Below are positions 10,945 to 21,757 of a stretch of DNA of 64,000 nt, in pieces. Source of the DNA: Macrostomum lignano (Eukaryota). Location: NCBI GenBank assembly GCA_002269645.1, contig NIVC01002521.1, positions 101,160 to 165,159 of the forward strand, written 5' to 3'. The first letter of the stretch is position 1. The number at the start of each line of letters is the position of its first letter. The notes under the pieces were generated by a model, which saw only the letters and a list, made by a program, of their open reading frames with translations, ran no database searches and was not told where the DNA came from. The position numbers and the translations under genes are program-made.

Positions 10945-11849
10945 ATGGCCTCCGACGACGAATTTAAACGACTAGAAGAAGAGCTTGCTCTGTCAGACAG
11001 CAACGCGAGTGAATTCGATCATGAGGAAGAAGAGAATGAGCCTTGCCCCCCTAATCGTCAGCCGACTCGCCCAAGCAAACCCGGACCGAAACCAAAGATC
11101 GCGTCAGTTGTCACTCGCCCCCCAGCTAAACCGATTAGCAGCTCGCCCCAGAAGCGCAAACGACTGCTGGAGCGCCAAGCCACCGCCCCGTGGAGCCCTC
11201 GGCCGACATTGTCCGCCGCCAGCCCTCCGGCTCCCGCGCCGCCCAAGTTCTGCCCCCAAGTGAGGCGCCGCCCATCATTCTCCGAGTTCGAGAGAAGCCA
11301 GTCACTAAACAGGAGCCCAGAGAGCGCTCCAGGTCTCCGGCAAAACCCATCGTCCAGCCGGCTCCGCAGTATGGCGTAAGGCCACCCCATCAGGCCAGGC
11401 CAGGACCGTCGAATCCTGTGCCAATCGATCTGCGTGTGCAGATCCCGCCATTGATGGCCAATGCAGTGCCACGCCAGCCTCCACGTCAAAAAATAGGCGA
11501 GGATTTTAACCGAATCATTTCGGAGATGCCAGAATTCCGCCGTGCTCAGTTTAGGCAACAGATTGTAACGCTTAAGGTCTACTTAGTAAAGGTTGGCATA
11601 TTTCGCCTTGACGGTCGCATGTTCCCACAGAGAGTAGAAGTCACCGTCGCCATAGAAGAGCTGCAGCGCATGCAGCTGGCGCAAGCCATCGCTGACTGGC
11701 GCCGCGCCACCAATCATGCTCTGCACGATCTGACTAGAGGCAACAGACAGTACAATCGAGATAATGTGGCCACCGAGGTGTATTGGCTGGGCCAAAGCTT
11801 CGGTTGGCCCGATCCGGATGTCCTACCGTGCAATTTCCGGTGGAACTAG
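10945..11849 (+). pseudogene. Orphan gene, about 300 aa (acidic N-terminus, Pro/basic-rich middle, helical C-terminal domain), with one apparent -1 frameshift near 11190
   Basis: ORFs 10945-11379 and 11190-11849 overlap and read protein-like before and after ~11190 respectively. TATAAAA lies upstream at 10823-10829 and an AATAAA near 11997. Confidence 0.4.
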
Positions 11850-12479
11850 CTGAAGAAGCATTATTATTGCATGACATTTAAACATTTATTTTCTGCGAAA
11901 AATCACTCACAATTTTTATAACAGCTTTGTGCCTAGTAAAAATTTGAAATTTTTTTTTGCATTTTTGTTGTCTTTTTCTTGCATGCATTCGTTGCCTAAT
12001 AAATTTGCTGCTGCGTAATCATTTATCATCTATTTTTCTTTTATAGCCTGCTTTTATACATGTAATAAGAATTTTGTCTCACTATTAAACATTCGAAAAA
12101 TTCTTCAAGGAAAGCCAGTTGATGCAGCAGTAAATCATTGAGTTATCTTAAATGCCTTAGTACTCGTTAAACTCGTTACACAAATTGTATGCTCTCTCTT
12201 AACCGAAGTATTCTATTTATTTTGTCTATTAAGAACTGTCTTAATAATGTATCTTGCCATAATCTGCATACAACACATAATATATAGCATAAATTTGTTT
12301 AAAATTGTCCGCCATTTTCACTAAAATTAGTATAAATACGAGCAAAATAAATCGATAGAGAGCCGAACTTCTGTGGCCGCCTCTTTGTAGTAGGCTTTGC
12401 CTTTCGGCCAAAATGAACAGTTGTTCTAAAAATAGTAAAGGTATAAAAGGACTCTGTGTCATTCTTTTGAAGGCGCCCG

Positions 12480-12680
12480 CCTTTCCCCTTCCCCAAGAGG
12501 TCTTGTTCAGCTTTAAGCGTACAACCGCCTCTCCCCTCTTCCCTATAAGGCATTTGTTCAGCTATAAGCGTACAGCCCTTTTCCCTTCTCCCCAAGAGAA
12601 CGTACAGTCTCTTCCCGAGTAATTATCTCAAACCCCCCTTTCCAGTTGAGCAGGCGTACCGCCTTTTTCCCCTTTTCCCC
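12480..12680. repeat. Degenerate ~51-bp pyrimidine-rich tandem repeat
   Basis: TTGTTCAGCT(T/A)TAAGCGTACA occurs at 12503 and 12554, with recurrent GCGTAC..CCTTTCCCC motifs. Confidence 0.5.
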
Positions 12681-14074
12681 AGATCTCTAATTTAACCTGG
12701 CGATCTGCCAACTCCCCATCCAGACGCACTGTCTGCCCAGGTCTTTGCCTATCAAGAGGCCCTTCCCTTAAGATTACTCTACCTCCCTATTCCATTAGAC
12801 TTTCCGTACCCACTTAACTCCCCCTACTATTAGGCGCCCGGCCCTCATTCAATTCCCTATTAAGCGCATCCCTCCTATGTCAGCATCCCTTATCAGTTAT
12901 TAGAATTCCCTTTAGTGCGCCAGTTTCCCAGGCAACTCTGATCCATCGCGAAGCCCTTATTCCCCTTCCCCTCTCTAGATATCCGGACTGAGTAGAAATA
13001 TAGTGTCTTGCCGCTCGGACACACCACGCCACGAGGAGCAACTTAAGGCTTACTCCTGTTAGTAGTAGTAATTGCATATTGCATATTGCATCCCAAATCC
13101 TAAGAAATTCCCGAAAATCCCCGGCAACCCCAGACCCCTCTTATAGCAAATTCGGTTACAGCAGTATAATTGTTAAACAGAGAGCCAAGAAGTCTGTAAC
13201 ACTTACAACCACTCATCTAAAGGGGATAACATCAGTCTACCACCACCCCCTCCCTAGAACAACATAATCTAAGGGCGAGAAGTAGCGGAATCTCATTTAA
13301 GTTACATGACATAATTATTAGTATGCATCCAAAAAACTGAAAGGCCAAAATCATTTTCAATCTGGCCTTCACTTGAGGCCAAAATCATTTGTATTTCGGC
13401 CTTTTAAAGAGCCAAATTTTATCGCAAACTGGCCTTTACTCAAGACTGAATTCTTTCCTCGGCTAGCCTCCGCTCAGTAAAAATGAAAATCAACCCCCCA
13501 CGCACGCGACGCCCACAGCCATGTGTACTGAGAGGCCAAACCCCCAACCCCCACTAAGCAGCCACTCACCCTACTCTAGACAATACTATCGATTTTTCCT
13601 TGTGGATCGTACATTCTAGAAACTTCTAGAAACCGTCACCCCAGCTGGCTATATTAAACTAGAAGCATAAACAATAAACAACCCAGACCTCTTCGCTACC
13701 ATGCATGCCATCTTTTGCGACAGACCAAAAACGTTTAAAAGAACTCGAAGCTAAGTTAGAACAGGAAAAGAGAAAGGCAAAAATATTACACAGCGATAGT
13801 GATATAGCTAACTTAAACATTAAAGAAATATTTAGAACTTGGAATAGATCTTCCTAGAAAAGGAACAGGGATTTCTTGAAGTAAAGGTAAGACTCAAATC
13901 TGTGTACTTTTATCTGTGCATTTGTCTGGTAATTTTTATTGTTATTTATATCATTGTTTCATTTCTTACAATTTGAAGGCTGTAATTCATCTGGAAGAAA
14001 AAATCCGCTTGAAATAACAAGAGTTAGAGAACAGAGTGAAATCGGAAAATATCCCCGATGGGCTTGACTGCAAT

Positions 14075-14562
14075 GTTTGGACACCCTGAGTGACGTCAGT
14101 CACGAGGTCTGGAGCACATTGGGACTTTGCCCAGAGGTCCTGAGTGACGTCAGTTCTAAAAATAGAACGAGTCACGAGGTCTTGTGCAATGGGACAGAGG
14201 TGAATCCCGAGCTATAAATAGGACCCCTCTCCCCTTGTTTCCGTCAAGGAGTTTTCTGGTTGAGTTTTCGATCTTCCGATTCTAAGCTTGAATCTAAGTC
14301 ACTCGTTCTCTAAGTGTCTGTCTTGCGTACAACATCTCTCTGCTATTGGTCTGAATGAAACCTAACTGAAACCAACCCGAATCTAAGAGAGACTAACACA
14401 GCCCTCCCTGTGTCAACCAAGCCCGGCAGGTGCTGCTGACGAGACGCCTAGCACGTTGAGCTGCAAATCTGCACTTGGTGCTGTGTTCGTTGACTTCGTT
14501 ATTTCGTTCCGGAGGGAAGCTCACCTCACCGAAGGCCGAGACCTAAAGGAACTGGTGGCAGC
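14075..14562 (+). mobile_element. Possible LTR-like segment (CRE-type enhancer repeats, TATA, weak PBS)
   Basis: CCTGAGTGACGTCAGT twice (14085, 14139), GTCACGAGGTCT twice, TATAAATA at 14213-14220 and TGGTGGCAGC at 14553-14562 (10-nt tRNA-Leu-like PBS). The CA terminus is not clean. Confidence 0.3.
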
Positions 14563-14740
14563 ACTACCTACGCTACTGAGAGCTAAGAGAACTTCCCACT
14601 GAAGAGGCTCGAGACTTAAGGTAATCTTAAGGGCCTAAACCGGGAAGAAAACAGCGTTCTACTTCCCTTGGGATAGAAATAGTAATCACCGGATGCTGAT
14701 GTGAAATGCCTGTCTATCTTATATACATCAAGACTAAAGT

Positions 14741-15353
14741 ATGGGTCTGTTGCTCTTCTCTTTGTGTCCTTCTCTAGCTCTCCTGGTAAGTAAAGGAAGC
14801 GAAAGAATTCAGTAAGAATGTCCGGAGAATATTTTCCTGGGAGCTTTGGATAGTGAGGGTTGGGAATCATGTTTTGATTCAACTGTGTCTTGTTTGATGG
14901 CAGTGATTGGTTTCAGGTTTGTCATTCGAGATCTTCATTTCACTTCATTGTTCAGTTGATTAAACAAGGGGTGGGGTCCTATCGACCTGGTCCATGGTTT
15001 ATGGTGTAGAACAATTATCTTAACAGTTGGGTCGCATGTATATTTAATGAAAATAACAAAGGGTTGGGTTCATCTTTAATTACATGCTGTAACCATTATG
15101 AATTATTTGTTTTCTTCATCTTCAGGTTCCCTCTAGCTTTTGGCTCCAAAGAGGCGAAGCCAATGAAGATGGCGTGTCCAATGATCCGCCTTCTGAGCCG
15201 ACTGCGATAAGTACGCCTGTTACTACTGCGATAAACTCAAACAGCCACGCTGCCGCGGTTGCCTCTCCTGCAATGGCATCTAATCGCGAGCTTCTGGTCC
15301 CGAATATTATCACGCCGGACGGAGTTTGCACGCCGCTCCCTTACGTGACGTGA
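14741..15353 (+). CDS. Candidate 2-exon small secreted peptide (14741-14785 plus 15126-15353, 90 aa)
   Basis: The hydrophobic first exon MGLLLFSLCPSLALL ends at a GTAAGT donor. A polypyrimidine CAG acceptor at 15125 leads into a phase-0 open frame ending in TGA. AATAAA is at 15450. Confidence 0.3.
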
Positions 15354-15934
15354 CGCCTTACGACCGAGCTAGCCAGAGGAGTGCAGAGCGGTCCCTGCCG
15401 CTTCTAATTGTAGAATTATTTAGTGTAACATTATAAGATAGTTAAAGTTAATAAAGTACATTATTATAGCTCTTCTATCATTTTCATTAGATTCATTTTA
15501 GGTCGTAATTAAACTTAGCGTTTTAACAAATCATTTTATTAACGTAAATACGTAATATACGTAAATAATTTGTGCTTTTATAGACTTTTTTACGTTTTAA
15601 AAACTTAAATAAATTTATTTTATAGCTTTATTGCTTTCAAATTGCCATAAAACGAATTTTCATAAAACTTGCCCCCGATTTTTGGATTTCGCCATTTAAT
15701 GATCTATTAAGTAACTATCATCTATTACCTTATTTAAGGTTGTAATACTTAGGACTGCTGTTCGATGCAATCAATTATGTTCAATTCCAGCACCCAAGCA
15801 GCCTGGCTGGCTAGCCGTGGTTTGGCCACTCGGCCACGTTCTGATACTTGACGGCGCTGCCTAGCGAGTTATTGCATCCTACCATAACAGATCAGCACAT
15901 TCCATCCACAATTGACTCCTTCGTCTTAAGCAAA

Positions 15935-16070
15935 TACCCTTCAGAATCCACCCCTTCGTCTTTACCCTCCAGAATCCACCCCTGGGTCTTTGCCCTCCAG
16001 AATCCACCTCTGGGTCTTTACCCTCCAGAATGCACCCCTGGGTTTTTACCCTCCAGAATCCGCCCACAGA
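15935..16070. repeat. 28-bp minisatellite (TACCCTCCAGAATCCACCCCTGGGTCTT), about 4.7 copies
   Basis: Units start at 15935, 15963, 15991, 16019 and 16047. Confidence 0.9.
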
Positions 16071-19000
16071 ATCTACAGCAATATGTAACGAAGACAACAA
16101 AACTAACCAGCCAAAAACACCTTTTGCACTCATTTAGATTCTGCCCGATTGCTACGAGGGCTTCCAGCGCGCTCTGCCGTTGCCGAAGTTCTGGGCTGCC
16201 GGCTTTCTTTGTCCAGCCGGACCTGGGGCCCAGGATTTACAACGCCTATGGCCTGACCGCTGCGACGCCAATGGGGCACAAGTTCAGTGAAAACAGAATC
16301 ACAATATACTAAATCTCTAAGTTAACTGACTAAAAATGACACTTAAATCTTTCGCTACAGCTACCATAAATTAATTCTGGTAAAAAATACTGTGTCTTTT
16401 CTTCGATTTCTGGGTTCTTTGCTTTCATTTTGATTTGTTTTTTGCGTTTCTCTGTTCCAAGCGCTTACTTTTAGTTATGTTTTGATATTAGAATACACAC
16501 ACAGGTGCAGTCACACGATTTTTGCCGAATTTTTCGGACAAGTTTGTAGATAAGTCGTTTACGTTGTACATTTTTGAGAGTTTGGCTTGCCTTCATGGTT
16601 TGACTTATTTTTTGGGGGAGAGGGACCATAGGGGAATGAGAGATTATCATAGACAGCCAGATACACACAGACAGACAGACATTAAGACGGAGTCTCTCCT
16701 CCCTCAAGTTAACCTTCAACAGCTTGTTTGGCAAGAGTACTTTATTTATTAATTCATATAAATACAATCCGTTTAGATTTAAACTGATATATTCTAACGA
16801 AATATTCTAACGGCAATGTTGCAGTTTGTTTTGCGTAATTATTTTTACTTTTGAATACACGCTAACGTATCACGAAGTTATGAACAATCAAATAAGTGAA
16901 CATTAACAGGACTATAACATCGCTCATTTGTCACTGAATCCTCAAAAGTAGATTGGCAGCAGGTACAACCTCAGCAGGTGGGATTATAAATGATGGTGCA
17001 GCTGGACATCCTGCCATGACTTGCGAAATATTGTAAATCTTAAGCAATTCTAGGTTTGGGAAATCTTGAGCAGTGTAAAAGATTGCTGTCTTCCTCCCTC
17101 ACTAAAACTTGCCCTAAAGTGTCTATGGCCTTTTCAGATGACGTGGCATGACAAGTCAGCACGAGTTTAAACCCTCCGTGACACGTTGGCGTGTATTCAA
17201 AATTAAAAATAATTACGCGAATTTTCAAACTGCAACAAACCAACTCTTATACATGAAACTAAAGGAAGTCAAGTCGTCAAGTCAAGTTAACTTGTCACAC
17301 GCTGTTGCACCTACTCATCTAACTGAGCGTCTGCTACAGAGTTCAGCATAAAAATTTTTGTTGGCTTCCAAAAAATGCGAATAAAAATTAAATATTAGTT
17401 TAAATATCTCTGCTAAAAAGTTTAAAGCGGTTCTCATTTCTCCTGTAACCCTACTTTAAATAAAGTATGCTTTTTCTTCTTCTATTCTTTTACCTCTTCT
17501 GCCTCCGATGAAAATTTCTAGCTTTTGATAAAAAAATTGCTTTCAATATAATTCGACCCTAGCTCAAACTTATGATTTTGCTTTTCGGTTATCCTGCTTC
17601 TTGGTTGGATTGTTCTTGCATGGCTTGCCAGTTATGAATTAGGAAATGTAATTAAAAAAATCAATAAAGCTCTCCAATGCTGTAAACTGATTTTGTTGTA
17701 TTCGGGAATACAACAAATGGCATACTGAAAACATTATAAAACGTTTAGCTGTAGTCACTTACTTACCTACATGTACATGTAATTTGCTATAGTAACTTTA
17801 TACTATTTGCATGTATGCGACAGAACGTCCAGATTAAGATTAGAGAAAGCATAGTCTACAACTCAATATGTATGCATAATTCTGGGAACTGTCCGTATGT
17901 AAATTACGAATTTGTATGTAATTCGAATTCTGTTCGCGGCTATATACGAAGGAAAATCTTTTTCCTTCCTGCCGTGCTCAAGTATATATATATGTATATA
18001 TACATATATACGACGGGGCTAAAGTATGACTCAACAGACTAGACTCGTGTCTAGACAGACCATAAAGTTCATGTAAACGTCTGAACGCCTAGTTAGGGCC
18101 CTAGCCCTAAGCCCTAGCTGAGACTGCAAAAAGTCGAGACAGTAAAACTGCAAAAGGACTTTTAACATGTTTGTCATACAGACAGATAAACAGACATACA
18201 GACGGCTTTTGCAGCAGCTACTTATCTACATGCACCTAGGCGCTGGGTAAATGTTTTAGCAGGCAAAATTTAGAAAAATTTTAGCAAGCCTGTTTTTTCT
18301 GTCTCCGCAGTGTAATGTTTGATGGATATTAGCCTCCAAAAATTATAAAATTGCATGGCCAATGTACTGCTAGAGGTCTTGAGAAAGTGTCTGAATAATT
18401 TTACTTTACTTTAAAACTGTATTAAATGCATGACATTTAACAATAACAATAGTATCGCTGCGTTCCCATATGAACTTTAGAAATCATAAATTTACGATAC
18501 ATTAAATAAAAAAGGTAATTAGTTCCTGTTGTCAACAGCTACGGAAAAAATTAATAACAAAACTAAACTTACTTTTCGATTTTATAACTTGTTCATGATA
18601 GAAGCAGGAGAGTTTCTAACTTTTATCACAATACCTTTAAAACTGAAGACTTTTTACCAGACAAAAAATGTATCTAAGGTAGTACAACAGTTAAACTTTC
18701 AAATAAAGAATATAATTTTTTTAAAATACGATACATTAATACGGTACCGGTATATAATGGATCTTCGACTTCAATGAAAATAAATATGACAGGAACTAAA
18801 TGTGCTTCACCCCAAGTGTTACAAAAGATTACTGTGTTTAATATTAGCACTGCTAGACTCAAACCGTGCCAAAAGATAAACAAGCCAATAAAATAAAGAC
18901 CATGAGTCCATGACTTCATGAGAGTTACTTTAGGCCTGCAACAGCCACACTAATGGACTGCCACATCGCTAACTTGCAGGCGGTTGAGCTTACCCTTCAG

Positions 19001-19469
19001 ACTACTGCTGATATTAGCAGCAGTGTGAGCTGCGAGCGCGTGCACGCAAGGGCATCAAGACGCACCCTGTGCATCTTAGTTTAGGCTATTGGCTAACCCA
19101 ATATCAATTTGGCTTATGAGTGGCTCTCCAATACATTATCGCGAGCTTAATCACTTAAATTCTACAATCCCAAAATGAGCTACTGATTTAAAGTACTACG
19201 ATTACAGACAAAGTATGGGTGCTAATACTAAAATTAAAAAAAATAATTTCCACTGTTTTTTTATTTATGATCGAATAAATAATACTTTTTACTCTTTCGA
19301 TACTACTTTTCTAATACGTGTATTTTCATCAATTAAACCAGCAATCCTCTAATCCTTATAATAATCCTCATTACCATAATTTAACGTTTGTTCACTTAAA
19401 TTTTAATTTATGCTTTTCTGCATGTTCTACTTTTTTACACGCACAATATTTACATTAAGATAATATTTT

Positions 19470-19536
19470 GTCTAGCAGGATTCGAACCTCAAACCTTCTA
19501 ATTTCAAGTCAGGCCCACTGGCCACTCGACCAATTT
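19470..19536 (-). pseudogene. tRNA-Ser(UGA)-like relic or SINE head
   Basis: The minus strand has an A-box TGGTCGAGTGG, an anticodon-loop-like GACTTGAAAT and a B-box GGTTCGAATCCTGC. It lacks an acceptor stem and long variable arm, so it is not a functional tRNA. Confidence 0.55.
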
Positions 19537-19777
19537 TTAGCGGTGTCTATTTTTAGCACTCAGACAATTCCCAGAGTTCTCATTCCCGTCCGCGGGTGCA
19601 CTCGACCAGCCCACCCTAGCCCACACGGACCAATAGCAGCGTTCCTTGGCATATCTAGCGTACTATCACTGTGCGCACTGTGTGGACTCTCAAGGACTAG
19701 CCTGTGTGGGTCCACACGTGGACTCACTAGCTTGCCACATATTTTTTGTTAAGTGGATTGTCTGGCTAGCCCACGGC

Positions 19778-20913
19778 TGTTAGGTGCCTCCGCCGTCCGA
19801 GCCTCTCCCCATGCGTCATTCTATTTTTAGACTGAGGGTTTCGCGAACCCCGTGTCCCGAGCCGAACCCTCCCCCTTGTGCAGCCTTGTGCGCACAAGCC
19901 CAAATTTGGCATGCTTTTTTCACTAGTGGCTTGAGGCGACTGTCGGCGCTTTGAACAAGCTACTCTCTCCCCCTATGTTTAATCAATATCTGTTGTGCAT
20001 CATTATTCGCACTTTTTGGGCTGCCGTTCCATGATCAAGCCACGGAATGCCCAAACGCTCCACCCTCCGCGTTCTATATCAATGCTTGCAGGCCGTTGTC
20101 TGAATTTTCTCCTCAGAACCGCCTCGTGAGGACTTGTCGAGAGCCTTCTCCAAGTCTAGCGCTCTAGCGCCGGTTAACAGCGAAGCAAAGCTCCTGAGCA
20201 GGTCTTGGTAGAGAAAAGCATCGCTAGAAGCAGCCGCAAGCTCCTGAGCAGGTCTTGGTAGAGCATTGCGGCGCTCAAGCAGAAAGCACGCTCCTGAGCA
20301 GGTCTTGGTAGAGCATTGCTAGTGCTATAGCTCTGGTTTCCAGCATACCCTATCGGCAGGAAATCAGTTGGCTAAGGCCATTCTGCTGTTGTCCATTCGC
20401 GACACAGGCGCGAATAAGAGTGAGAGTGAGTGTGCAGTCGCAGCACTCGTGCGCGATTCTAAGAAATAGCTGATAGCTTAGTTAGCGTGAGTCTATTGCT
20501 GCTTCGGGCGCATAGACCATTCCTCGCCGCCCATCTGCGCGAGACTTAGCTGTTAGGTTAGTACGAGTTAGGGGTCCTCTGAGAGCTAAACTCAGACACG
20601 CTCAAGCGCGGACATTGTCAGTGCCAGGACTGCGCCGCTCAGGCCATTGCTACCATTGAGTCCTGTCACTTGGACATTGAAATATCTGAGACTAGTTGTT
20701 CTAGCGTTATTTATTTGCGTAGAAACCAATCAGACCCCTTCATTGCGGATCCTACGGTTCCCACGCTGGAGGCAGCACTACCCTTGATCCTAGATTTCTC
20801 TTCAGTCTCAGCCCCCGTAAGAGTGTTCGCTAAGGTTGTCCGGGACGACAGCAGTCCACCTAGCCGGAGCAAACAAAAGCTCAGCTACTACACTGGTGTT
20901 AGCGGTGGGATTC
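19778..20913 (+). mobile_element. LTR (19778-20892, TGTTAG...CTACA) plus tRNA-Leu-type PBS (20894-20913)
   Basis: TG...CA ends, then 1 nt, then TGGTGTTAGCGGTGGGATTC, which resembles the complement of tRNA-Leu 3' ends. No partner LTR or gag-pol is downstream in the window. The 5' boundary is tentative. Confidence 0.55.
20190..20313 (+). repeat. Three identical 24-bp cores (GCTCCTGAGCAGGTCTTGGTAGAG) at exact 50-bp period inside the LTR
   Basis: Copies at 20190, 20240 and 20290, separated by divergent 26-nt linkers. Confidence 0.9.
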
Positions 20914-21253
20914 CAAGGCGGTTAGGTTTTCTATTGCACGCACCCAGTAAAGAAATAGGCAGACTGCTGAAAGAAATAGGAGAAATAGAAGAAATTTGTT
21001 TCTAGCGGACGCTCGATATCGCATTGTATCTTTGTAAGTAAATCCTGACTTACTTTAAACCATTTTCTGTAACCTTCAGTTGCATTTTAATATTTAATAT
21101 TTAATATTAACTATTTAAAACAGTCTACTTATATATTTGTAGACAAAATGTTTAATGCAACTACAGCCAGAATCACCACGCAAGATCTGACAGGTTTTAT
21201 CGGTTCCATCGATCAAATTTATTGTTAAGGAGCATAAGGATGACGTTAAAGAC

Positions 21254-21757
21254 ATGGTTCGAGAACTTTGGGCAAGATTATCTAAAGATGAAGAAAGGCA
21301 TCTGCGAGTCAGTGAAGAAATGAAAATACGGAAGATGAAGGAGAAAGCCACGGATTTATTCCATAAACTTCAAAGTTCGCTTCAATATGAGAACGAGCAA
21401 GCGGCTCAGGCAGAGGTAATTAGTGAGGGGGAGTTAGAAGCCATCTGCAACGACATCACACGCCGAGGTCCTGTTGACAATGGGGTGCCGGAACTGCATG
21501 AAAACTTGGTTAAGCAGGACCAAATTTACAACCGGCGAACTTGGGTGGCAGCATTTTTTCTTGGAAAAGTGTATGACCAATTTATTATGAGGCATCAGCA
21601 GACATTAACAAGCCTGGCGGAACTGTTCAGCGTGAGTTACTACCACGTGCAATCCCGCAATAACATCTATACTCTGGTGACCGAGCTTCTACGGCTCCGC
21701 TTTTGCTCTGTTTCGGCTACATTCCTGCATGACAACTCTAGGACAATTCGGATGTAG
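21254..21757 (+). CDS. Orphan ORF (167 aa), charged N-terminus and predicted helical C-terminal domain
   Basis: ATG-to-stop ORF with protein-like composition, downstream of the LTR/PBS. No motif recognised with certainty. Confidence 0.45.
   Translation: MVRELWARLSKDEERHLRVSEEMKIRKMKEKATDLFHKLQSSLQYENEQAAQAEVISEGELEAICNDITRRGPVDNGVPELHENLVKQDQIYNRRTWVAAFFLGKVYDQFIMRHQQTLTSLAELFSVSYYHVQSRNNIYTLVTELLRLRFCSVSATFLHDNSRTIRM

Noticed and set aside
18090-18120. Telomeric TTAGGG/CCCTAA relic
   Set aside because: Only one or two imperfect units; within chance.
20190-20313. CRISPR array
   Set aside because: Only three repeats, the linkers share sequence (AGCAG, CATTGC), the context is a eukaryotic LTR, and there are no cas genes.
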